Part shown: piece by piece, positions 50,771 through 62,227 of the stretch | Position numbering within the stretch: the stretch's first letter is position 1 | Layout: each line of letters begins with the position of its first letter | Source of the DNA: Centroscyllium fabricii | Taxonomy: Eukaryota | Assembly: GCA_051313645.2 (NCBI GenBank) | Contig: JBNRSN020000018.1 | Span: forward strand, 37,758,001-37,822,000 | Direction of reading: 5' to 3' | DNA: 64,000 nucleotides | Program-made: the position numbers and the translations under genes | The notes under the pieces: generated by a model | Told to the model about the DNA's origin: nothing | Seen by the model: the letters and a program-made list of their open reading frames with translations, nothing else | The model's database searches: none

Positions 50771-51300
50771 CAGGTTGAGCACCGTTAATCGGGCACGGGT
50801 GGGACCAGGCCCGTGCCGTGAAATGGAAAAAACCGGGAGAACGAGTTTGGACACTGCGCATGCGCGCCAGTCAAAATGGCCGCGCGCATGCGCGCAGCAT
50901 TGCGATTGGCTGGCGCGCGCATGCGCAGATCGGGCCCGGGTCCGCCATCCCTCTCCATCGCCTTTGGGGTTGCTGCTGCCGCCGAGCGGGACTCAGGCTG
51001 ACAGCTGTTGCCTAGTGACTGTCCGCCTCAGTCACGGGGCTCAGCTGTGGAGAAAATAACGGGCGGCCGTATTGAATTATCTGCGCATGCGCTAACCGTC
51101 CGGTGACGCATGCGCAGATCATTCAAAACACCGCAGCTATTTTGAATGATCTGCGCATGCGCTCGGCGCATGCGCAGATCATTCGCTGAAGCCACGATGG
51201 GGGCTGCCATTTTGCGCATGCGCAGTGCAGTCGGGGCAATTTGTGCCGGCAGACTGAAGCTGCCGGCTATTCGGGACACGGATTAACGGTGCTCAACCTG
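50771..51300. mobile_element. Family A MITE with possible cargo
   Basis: TA-CAGGTTGAGCACCGTTAATC ... GATTAACGGTGCTCAACCTG-TA (perfect 20-bp TIR); about eight CGCATGCGC motifs. Confidence 0.92.
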
Positions 51301-51450
51301 TATTTGAGTGTGGATGGTACCATAGCCAAGCTGGACCTTGCTCTCGTCTGACATCCCTGGATTGACGTGTTCCAGTATGAGTCATTTGATAGTGATCAGG
51401 GGCAGGAACCTTGATGGCCCCTCCCTCCAGCCCAAGTGTGCTGAGGCCAA

Positions 51451-52797
51451 TTTTTTTTTTATCCATTGATGGAATGTGGGCGTCGCTGGCTGGCTAGGCC
51501 TGCATTTTAGTGCCCATCCCTAATTGCCCTTGAGAAGATGGTGGTGAGCCGCCGCCTTGAACCGCTGCAGTCCATATGGTGTAGGTACACCCACAATGTT
51601 AGGAAGGGAGTTCCAGGATTTTGGCCCAGCGACAGTGAAGGAGCAGCGATACAGGTCCAAGTCAGGATTGTGTGTGGCTTGGAGGGGAACTTGTAGGTAG
51701 TGATGTGGAGAGTATTCCATCACACTCCTGACTTGTGCCTTGTAGATGGTGGAAAGGCTTTGGGGAGTCAGGAGGTGAGACACTCGCTGCAGAATTCCCA
51801 GCCTCTGGCCTGCTCTTGTAGCCACAGTATTTATATGGCTAGTCCAGTTCAGTTTCCGATCAATGGGAACCCCCAGGATGTTGATAGTGGGGGATTCAGC
51901 GATGATAATGCCATTGAATGTCATGGGGAGATGGTTAGAGTCTCGCTTGTTGGAGATGGTCATTGCCTGGCAATTGTGTGGTGCGAATGTTACTTGCCAC
52001 TTCTCAGCCCAAGTCTGAATGTTGTCCAGGTCTTGCTGCATATGGACACGGACTGCGTCAGTATCTGCCGAGTCTCGAATGGTGCTGAACAGTGTGCAAT
52101 CATCAGCGAACATCCCCACTTCTGACCTTATGATGGAGGGAAGGTCATTGATGAAACAGCTGAAGATGGTTGGGCCTAGGACACTGCCCTGAGGAACTCC
52201 TGCAGTGATGTCCTGTGGTTGAAAGGAATGACCTCCAACAACCACAGCCAACTTCCTTTATGCTAGGTATGATTCCAACCAATGGAGAGTTTTCCCCTTG
52301 ATTCCCATTGACTTCAGCTTTGCCAGGGCTCCTTGATGCCACACTCGATCAAATGCTGCCTTGATGTTAAGGGCAGTCACTCTCACCTCACCTCTTGAGT
52401 TCAACTCTTTGTCCATGTTTTGACCAAGGCTGTAATGAGGTCAGGAGCTGAGTGGCCCTGGTGGAACCCAAACTGGGCGTCAGCAGGTTATTGCTGAGTA
52501 AGTGCAGCGTGATAGCACTGTCGACGACACCTTCCATCACTTTGCTGATGATTGAGAGTAGACTGATGGGACGGTAATTGGCCGGGTTGGATTTGTCCTG
52601 CTTTTTGTCAACAGGACATACTTGGGCAATTTCCACATTGCTGGGTAGATGCCAGTGTTGTAGCTGTACTGGAACAGCTTGGCCAGGGGCACAGCTAGTT
52701 CTGGAGCACAAGTCTTCAGTTATATTGCCGGAATGTTGTCAGGGCCCATAGCCTTTGCAGTATCCAGTGTCTTCAGCCGTTTCTTGACATCACGTGG
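51451..52797 (-). mobile_element. LINE family 2 RT fragment
   Basis: ORF 51520-52251 (-): GVPQGSVLGPTIFSCFINDL..MFADDCT. Confidence 0.9.
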
Positions 52798-53091
52798 AGT
52801 CCAATTGTGGAATCTCAACTAATTCAGTACAGAGTGAGGATCAAACTCTGACTGTCAAACTTTAAATTTCAGTCTTGGCTGGACTGGGTTCCCCCCCCCC
52901 GGCTTCTCTGGGTAAGCAGCAGTATTTCCCCATCTCTTCTTGGTTCTGCATTGACCAAGATGTTGGAAATCATGTTAATTTCATATCCACAAGAGTTTCT
53001 TTTATTGGGGGGAAAAAAAAGCATTTACATTTATATAGCACCATCCACATCCTCAGGATTTTCCAAAGTGCTTCACCGCCAATCATAGAAT

Positions 53092-54060
53092 CATAGAATC
53101 ATAGAAATTTTACAGTGCGGATAAGGGCCATTCGGCCCATCCAGTCCGCACCGGCCCAGAAAAACTCCTCACTGTTCTAACCCCAGTTGCCCGCACCTGG
53201 CCCATAACCCTGTATGTTATGGTCCTTCATGTGCTGGTCCAAGTATTTTTTAAATGTTGTGATGGTTCCTGCCTCCACCACCCTCACAGGCAGGGAGTTC
53301 CAGTCTTCCACCACCCTCTGGGTAAAGAAATTTCTCCTTACCTCCCCCCTAAACCTCCCCCCCCTGATCTTGAATCTATGTCCCCTAGTGCTTGACTCTC
53401 CCACCAGGGGAAACAATGCCCCTTTGTCTACCCTATCGTGTCCCCTCATGATCTTGTACACCTCAATCATGTCACCCCTCCACCTTCTTTTCTCCAAGGC
53501 AAACAACCCCAGCCTGTCCAGCCTTTCCTCGTAGCATAGGTCCGCCAGACCAGGTATCATCCTGGTAAACCTTCTCTGCACCCTCTCCAGGGCAGCCACA
53601 TCCTTCCTGTAGTGCGGTGACCAGAACTGCACACAGTACTCCAGCTGAGGTCTCACCAGTGTGTTATACAGGTTTAACATTACCTCCCTACTTTTGTATA
53701 CTATGCCCTGGTTAATAAAGGCGAGAATTCCGTATGCCTTCTTAACCACCTTGTTAACGTGTCCAGCAACCTTCAGGGAGCTGTGCACCTGTACCCCCAG
53801 GTCCCTCTGCTCCTCGGTCCTATTTAACGTTTTGTTGTTCATGGTATATTCCCTTACCCCATTTGGTCTACCGAATTGAATGACCTCGCATTTCTCTGGG
53901 TTGAACTCCATTTGCCATTTTTCTGCCCAATTAACCATTATATCTATATCCTCCTGAAGCCCCTTACTATCCTCATCGTTGTTTACCACCCTTCCGATTT
54001 TCGTATCATCAGCGAATTTGCTGATCGTACCCCCTACTCCCATATCCAAATCGTTGATGT
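53092..54060 (-). mobile_element. Young 5'-truncated CR1
   Basis: Uninterrupted frame YINDLD..KFADDTK..RRNFFTQRVV..GYG; (atcataga)n tail. Confidence 0.92.
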
Positions 54061-54068
54061 AATACTTT

Positions 54069-54170
54069 TTGAAATAAAAATAGAAAATGCTGGAAATACT
54101 CAGCAGCTCGGACAGCATCAGTGGAGAGGGAAACAGAGTTAACGTTTCAGGTCGATGACCTTTCGTCAGA
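54069..54170 (-). mobile_element. Penelope pLTR fragment with intact hammerhead core
   Basis: Minus strand CTGACGA-A-AGGTC atc GACCT-GAAA-CG-TT. Confidence 0.75.
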
Positions 54171-55336
54171 TATTTATTGAAGCGCAGCCACTTGCGTGGG
54201 CAAATGCATCAGGCAATTTTGCATTCACAGTCATACAAACAGCATTGAGATAAACAACTAGTGAATTTATTTTTGATGCTGTTAATTGAGCAATAAATGT
54301 TGGCCTGAACACCGGGCGAACTTTCCTGCTCATCTTTTGAATAGTCCCGTAGATCTTTCATGTCCACCCAAACAGGCAGGCGGGGCCTCGATTTAACGAC
54401 TCATCTGAAAGCCGGCATCTCCAACAATTCAGCACACCTAACATCATCATCTATTTACAAAGCCCCTTTTAATGTATTAAAACATCCCAAGGCTCTGGGT
54501 AGAAGGTCGATTGCATACCAGAGTGAGTTTGTGTCAAACAAAAAATTGACACCGAGCCTCGTGAGATATTAGGACAGGTGACCACAAGCTTTATCAAAGA
54601 GGTTGGTTATAAGGAGCTTCTTAAGAGTTGAGAGAGGTTTAGGGGTGGAATTCCACAGCTTGGGGCCCAGGCAGCTGAAGGCACAATGGCCAATGGTGGG
54701 TGGGGCGATGGAAATTGGGATTATGCAAGAGGCCAGAACCCCGAGATATCGGAGGGTTGTAGGGCTGGAGGAGATGACGGCAATAGTTCAGCACTGCAGT
54801 GCAATGGCAGCTTTAGTTGTGCTCAAGTTGTCGCGTGCAGTTTGAAGCCACAACCTTCTTACTCGGGAGGGTGTAACCAACCGAACCAAAGTGACAGTTT
54901 AAAAAGAAGTATGCTAACCCATTCTGCCACCAGTCACCATTTACTTTATATAAAAAAAAAATTTAAAAAAAAAATCAATTTCAATTTTTAAAACTAGTGC
55001 ATTTTAGTAAAACTAATCCAAAAGTAACACATCGGTGTACAGAAGATGGTTTTGTAATTGAGCTTTGAACATGGTACCTCGTAAGATATCAAGGGAAAAA
55101 TGGTACTTACTTAACAGGAATTTATGGCCAAAATGATTCAGTTTGCAGGACTGAATAGAAGGGCTGCAGACTGAAAATGGTTTTGATTTTTCAATTTCTA
55201 TTCAAGGATTAGATCCACACTGAAGCGTAGCAGAGTGTTTCAGGTTATTGTATACTGAAACGAAATGACACTGCAGACGTGTGCCGCGAGCGGCCCCAAC
55301 CCACACACTTAACCGACAAATCAATTTCTTTAAATT

Positions 55337-55625
55337 AAGTGTCAGCTTGGCTCACTGGTAGCGTCTTCGCCTCCGAGTCAGGAGGTCTTGGGTTCGTGCC
55401 CCATGGCACCATTTGCAGATGAGCAGAGACGTTCTCCCAGTGTTCTGAGCAGCAACACCACCAAAAATAGAACAACTGGCTGATTATTTCAGTGCTGTTT
55501 GTGGGACCTTGCTTTGCGCAAAATTGGCTGCTGCATTTTCCTATAGAAGTGGCTCCACTTCAAAAAGTAACTTATTGGTTGTGAAGTGCTTTGGAACATC
55601 GTGAGGATGTTGCTATAAAAATGGA
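55337..55625 (+). mobile_element. DeuSINE/SacSINE1-like SINE
   Basis: tRNA head and L2-type tail similar to 12414-12830. Confidence 0.65.
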
Positions 55626-57344
55626 AATTCTCACATTCTTTGGTTCCGTTTTTGAGATCTGGAATCAAATCCAATTTAGTTAGGAGTTAGTGCCCTTCCT
55701 TTGCCAGTGTGAAGTCCTCAAGTGGAATTGGTGTTAAAGATCACAGCCCATTCCTAATTGGTGCAATTCCCTACCATCAGTCTGTCTACATTTGTGTTGT
55801 TGGCAATCTCAGCAAAACCACAGGATGGTTAATATAGGAAATGGGAAAAGTCACAATGGGCTGTACTTCTGAGGTTTAATTTTAAGGCACAATGTCTGTC
55901 GTGATGGTGCAATTTCTGCCAAGTACTCCATATAAGCATTCATGTCATCAGTTACTTATACTTGTACTTGGCATGACAGTTAACTTCCATTAGCCAAGAT
56001 CATAATGGTTAAGCTGATTTAAAATTGCCTCCATTCAAGAATATGATGGTACTTTTCAATTTTGATTGAAAAAATTGTGGCTATAGTAAATATGTGACTG
56101 AGCCAGGGTTGCAAAATTCCAGGAATTTTTAAAAGAGGAAACTTTCCATGGGAATTTATGGGAATTTTGAGTTTTTTTGCACACTGATGGTTTTTGTCTC
56201 TGACCCTTATATTATCGTTGTCTACAAAATAGACATACTGTTCCATACAAATAAAAACAGGCTTTCAAAACTTTATTTAGGTTATAATTTTGAACTTTAT
56301 TGAACCCCCACAAAAAAGACCCATCTAAAATAAAATAAAAAGAGCGTCAGCTTATTTAGCCTGTAATTTGTCCTTATGTTGTCCCTTTGAGTCTTCTACT
56401 CATCATTGCTCCTCCTGATTCTCTGGCTCTGACGTGTCCATTTCCTCCTCTGTGTCACTGTCCAGCTGTGTGGTGGACACTTCTGAATCTGGCTCAATAA
56501 GTTGTAGGTTCGCCCGGATAGCCACCACTTTATCCACTCTCTTGTTCGTCAGCCTGTTGCGCACCTTTGTATGCATATTCCCAAAAAATGACCAGTTTCA
56601 TTCAGAGGCCGCTGATGAAGGTGGGATTTGGAGTGTCCCCGATGCAATAGGTGACAGGGCCTCAGATGCACAAAGTCCCTTCCACCAGGTATGTGCACTG
56701 ATATGCTTGCATGATTCCCATATCCCGTCCCCATTCCAAAGACCTTGCTTGGTAGAGAACTTTGTCAGACTTCCCAGAACTTTGCCCACATCCAGATTGA
56801 GATGGTGTGAGACGGTAGAAATCACACTGTAAGCAGCGCTGTTGATCTGTTCTCCAGACAGTATTGGTCTCCCAGCATGCTTTGGGTCCAGCGTGTATGC
56901 TGCAGCATGAATCGGCTTGACACAAAATTCTTGACGCGTCTGTATGAATTGAACAATTGCCTTCTCCTCTGCTTTGAGCAGCAGTGATATGGGTAGGTCA
57001 ATGCTGATTTGTTCTTTTAAATCAGTAAAAAGCCTGAGAACATCTGACAAGACCGCGTCATCTCCTTCAATCTGAGCAATTGCAGATGCTACTGGTGAGA
57101 GTAGTTTAAGGCTGCTAACCACTCTCCCAAAACACATCATCCAGCAGTATTTTCTTGATGGTGGTTTCCATATCCCCAGACTGGGATATTACCATTTCTT
57201 GCAGCGACTCCTTACCCTCCAGAAGGCTGTTGTACATTATGACAACACCACCCCATCTAGTGTTGTAGGGCAGCTTTTTGTTCTTTGGCATTTGCTTGGA
57301 ATTGTAGGTTGCTGCAACTACCTGTTTTCCCCTGACATACTTAA

Positions 57345-60300
57345 TGTGGTAACCCATATTGTATGATATACCACAGTATTCTTGTAACCAATAATTGGCT
57401 GTGTATATGGATACACAGCCCTGTAACACTGTTGTAACACTGTTGGGAGCCAGGTCAGCCACACCTCTAACTCCTCCCCCAGGTGAGGCCTTTATAGGTG
57501 GAGACTGGCTGAGGCTCCCTCATTCCTGTTCAGATGTTCGTTCGGAGGGTAGCTCCTATGTAAGCGATTAAAAGCCTATAGTTACGGTAACTACTCGTCG
57601 AGTCTTTTAATCTAAAGATATTGACGATACGTCAATTTTAATCGCTTAAAGTTTTAAAATGGAGAGCGGCGCAGTAAAGCCAGAAAAGCTGGATATCAGT
57701 CCACGGGACCCTGCTGCTGCCACCACGTTCGAACACTGGTTCGGCCTCCTGGGGGCCTACATGGACGCCGCCAAGGCTACAACAGACGGGAACAAGCTAC
57801 AGGTTCTCCGGTCCAGGATCTCCAGCAGAGTATTCTCCCTCATCCGAAACGCCAAAACCTACCCAGCGGCAGTGGAAAAACTGAGGAAATGCTACGAGCG
57901 CCCGGTCCATTAGGTCTACGCCAGACATGTGCTCGCGACCAGATCACAACTACCGGGTGAGACTAACGAACAGTTTGAGCAAGCGCTCCAGGCCCTGGTA
58001 CGGGTCTGTGGCTGCCAAGCACGGACAGCAGAAGAGGAGGCGAATCTCCTCGTCCGAGACGCGTATGTAACCGGCCTAAGGTGCGTGGAAGCCCACCAGC
58101 GGCTGCTAGAGAAAGACACCTTGTCCCTCGAGGACGCGATTGCGATAGCCAACTCCGTAGAAGGAGCACGCAACAAGGTACAGGCATATAGCGGCACTAA
58201 CCCGCAGGCCTACGACATGTGGGCCGCGCCACAACGAACCCAGGTCTGGGCAGCACCACAACGTGTCGAGACCCCCACGATGGCTGCGACGGCCACTAAA
58301 GACAAACGCTGCTACTTCTGCAGCCAGGGACTGCACCCGAGAGCGAGATGCCCAGCAAAGACCGCGACCTGCGAGAGGTGCGCCAAAAAGGGACACTTTG
58401 CAAAGGCGTGCAGATCAGCTCCAGCAGCGCCCAACTTCAGGTACAACAGCGCAGCCTGTGAAAGCACCGACAGACACCAGGTAAGCTGCAATAGCAGCGC
58501 GATCCAGCGACGGTCCGGGGGTAGAAGACAAGCGCCCCCATCTCCCACCCCGATGCGGCAAAGGCTGGCCAAGCGCGATCCCCCAACGCGGCCGGCTGCG
58601 TGCGAATCACGGGCACCGCCAACCCGACCACCGCGGCTCGCTGCGTGCGAACCACGGGCACCGCCAACCCAGCCACCGCGGTCTGCTGCGTGCGAACCAC
58701 GGGCGCCGCCAACCCAGTCACCGCGGCCCGCTGCGTGCGAACCACGGGCGCCGCCAGCGCGCTCACAGCGGTCAGCCGCGTGCGAACCACGGGCGCCGCC
58801 ATCTCGCCCCCAGCAGCCCACCATGTGCGACCCCTCGGCGCCGCCGTTTTGTCCCCAGAGCCCCACCATGTGCGAGCCAGGGGCGCCGCCATTTTGTCTC
58901 CAGGGCCCCACCATGTGCGAGCCAAGGGCGCTGCCATTTTGTGTACAGCCCCGACTAGCAGGGGGCCCACACACACGAAAGCACACGGCGGCTTCAGCCA
59001 TACCCAGAGTGGACCAGGACAGCCCACATACCCTGTCTAACTCAATAATGCCCATCAAAATAAACGGCCATACTATCAACTGCCTATTTGATACTGGAAG
59101 CACGGAGAGCTTTCTGCACCCCGATACAGTGCAGCGCTGCGGACTGCAGGTCCTGCCCACAAACTACCAAGTCTCCCTTGCTTCAAAGTCCCACACCGCG
59201 GACGTCACCGGCTACTGCTCCGTCACGCTCACGGTCAAGGGGTGCGTGTACCGTAATTTTAAATTGTACACCCTCCAGCAGTTGTGTGCCCCAGCCTTAC
59301 TAGGTCTGGATTTCCAGTGCCACCTCAAGAGCGTGACAATGGAGTTCGGCGGGACCTTGCCCCCCCTCACCGTCAGTAGCCGGGACAATCCCTTCCCAAA
59401 GCGGAGCCCGGCCTGCGGCCTCTCTACCCTGAAAATCGAACCCCCTCACTGTTCGCCAACCTCGACCCCAAGTGCAAACCTATTGCTACCAAGAGTCGGC
59501 GGTACAGTGCGGGGAATCGCATGTTTATCAGGTCGGAGGTCGGGCGTATGCTGAAGGAGGGGATAATTGAAGCCAGCACCAGCCCCTGGCGTGCCCAGGT
59601 AGTAGTGGTAAAGTCTGGCGAGAAACAACGGCTGGTGATCGACTACAGCCAGACCATCAACCGCTACACCGGGCTCGACGCCTACCCCCTCCCCCGCATC
59701 TCGGACATGGTCAACCAGATCGCCCAGTATAAGGTGTTCTCCACGATCGACCTTACGTCGGCGTATCACCAGCTCCCGATCCGGAAAGCCGACCGCCCCT
59801 ACACCGCCTTCGAGGCGAACGGTCGGCTCTACCACTTCCTCCGGGTCCCCTTTGGCGTGACCAACGGAGTGTCAGTGTTCCAGCGGGAGATGGACCGCAT
59901 GGTCGACCAAAACGAGTTGCAGGCCACCTTCCCCTACCTGGACAACGTGACCATCTGCGGCCACGACCAGCAGGACCACGATGCCAACCTGGCCAAATTT
60001 CTCGACACGGCGAATAAGCTGGACCTCACGTATAACAAAGACAAATGTGTCTTTAATACAGACCGGCTCGCCATCCTCGGATACGTGGTGGAGAACGGGG
60101 TCCTCGGCCCCGACCCACAGCGTATGCAACCCCTTCAGGAACTGCCCCTACCTCACAACCCTAAAGCCTTGAGGAGATGCCTAGGATTTTTCTCCTATTA
60201 CGCACAATGGGTCCCACAGTTCGCGGACAAGGCTAGACCACTCCTCAAGGCTGCCGTTTTCCCCCTTTCGGTAGAAGCCCAAACGGCATTCGCCCGGATA

Positions 60301-62227
60301 AAGGAGGACATCATCAAGGCGACCATGCTCGCTGTTGATGAATCCATCCCTTTCCACGTGGAGAGTGACGCTTCGGACTTCGCCCTTGCTGCCACCCTGA
60401 ATCAGGCAGGCAGGCCCGTAGCGTTTTTCTCCCGCACCCTACAGGGACCCGAAACTCGCCACTCAGCAGTGGAAAAGGAGGCCCAGGCCATCGTGGAGGC
60501 CGTGCGCTACTGGCGTCATTACCTGGCCGGTAAGCGTTTTACCCTGCTCACCGACCAACGGTCGGTGGCGTTTATGTTTAATAATAAACAACGGGGTAAA
60601 ATCAAGAATGATAAGATCCTGCGGTGGCGGATCGAACTCTCGACTTACGAGTACGACATTCTTTACCGACCAGGTAAACTCAATGAACCCCCGGACGTAC
60701 TGTCCAGGGGAACGTGCGCCAGTGCCCAGCTGGACCGGCTGAAGGACCTCCACGACCGCCTCTGCCACCCTGGTGTCACCAGACTCGCCCACTTTGTCAG
60801 ATCCCGTAGCCTCCCCTACTCCATCACGGAGATCAAGGCTATGACCCGAGAGTGCCCTGTCTGCGCCGAGTGAAAACCCCACTTTTTCCGGCCAGACACG
60901 GCGCACCTCATCAAGGCCACCCGCCCCTTTGAACGTCTCAGCGTGGACTTCAAAGGCCCCCTCCCCACCACCGACCGCAACTCATACTTCCTCACGGTCG
61001 TAGATGAGTTCTCCCGCTTCCCTTTCGCCTTCCCCAGCGCAGATATGACGAGCGCAACGGTGATCAAACACTTCACCACGCTGTTCGCCATTTTCGGTCT
61101 CCCCAGCTACATCCATAGCGACCGGGGGTCATCGTTCATGAGCGATGAACTGCGTCAGTTTCTGCTCCAGAAAAGGGTTGCCACGAGCAGGACGACCAGT
61201 TATAACCCCCGGGGGAACGGCCAGGTAGAAAGGGAGAATGGGATCATCTGGAAGGCGGTCACCCTGGCTCTGAAGTCCAGAGGCCTTCCAGTGGCCCATT
61301 GGCAGGCAGTCCTCCCAGACGCGCTGCACTCTATACGCTCTCTCCTATGTACGGCCACTAACGCCACTCCTCATGACCTGATTTTTGCTTTTCCCAGGAA
61401 ATCGACTTCGGGGACAGCTCTTCCTCCATGGCTCACGACACCGGGGCCGGTCTTCCTTAGAAGACACGTCCGTGGCCACAAGACCGACCCCCTGGTGGAC
61501 AAGGTGCAGCTCCTGCATGCGAACCCGCATTATGCATTCGTGCAGTTCCCGGACGGGCGTGAGGACACGGTATCTATCAGGGACCTGGCGCCCGCAGGAA
61601 GCACCACAGCAGAGCCCCTGGTCGGCCAGCAGGCCGCTCAGCCACAGTACCCAGAACACTCACTACACCTACGATGGCCTCCGAGTTTTCCAGAGCCCCA
61701 GCAGTGGCCAGCCCAGGACCACCACTCGGATGGCTCGGACCAGCTGGGTCCATCACCACCAGAAACCATGGCACCAGAGCCACTGTCACTACCGGCGGAC
61801 TCGAGTGGCACGGACCAGGAAGGACCACCACCGGAACTCCGGCGGTCCTCCAGGCGGACACGACCGCCGGATAGACTAATATTGAACTGCTCGGTCCATT
61901 CACCCCCCCGGACTTAAAATTTTCAAGAAGGGGTGAATGTGGTAACCCATATTGTATGATATACCACAGTATTCTTGTAACCAATAATTGGCTGTGTATA
62001 TGGATACACAGCCCTGTAACACTGTTGTAACACTGTTGGGAGCCAGGTCAGCCACACCTCTAACTCCTCCCCCAGGTGAGGCCTTTATAGGTGGAGACTG
62101 GCTGAGGCTCCCTCATTCCTGTTCAGATGTTCGTTCGGAGGGTAGCTCCTATGTAAGCGATTAAAAGCCTATAGTTACGGTAACTACTCGTCGAGTCTTT
62201 TAATCTAAAGATATTGACGATACGTCA
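57345..62227 (+). mobile_element. Full-length Ty3/Gypsy LTR retrotransposon
   Basis: 290-bp LTRs at 57345-57634 and 61938-62227 (TG..CA, identical by eye), TSD CTTAA, PPT AAGAAGGGGTGAA. Confidence 0.97.
57659..61917 (+). pseudogene. Gypsy gag-pol (2 CCHC, protease, RT, RNase H, integrase) with 3 lesions
   Basis: CYFC..H..C and CERC..GH..C, LFDTGS, YLDN, SDASD, DFKGP/HSDRGS/NGQVER. In-frame TAG at 57911, frameshift near 59440-59520, in-frame TGA at 60871. Confidence 0.93.

Noticed and set aside
50928-50952. Naming the MADPGP start as a specific gene
   Set aside because: Six codons are insufficient for identification.
58312-59160. 282-aa antisense ORF in the Gypsy element
   Set aside because: Shadow of the GC-rich Gag tandem repeat; no recognisable domain.
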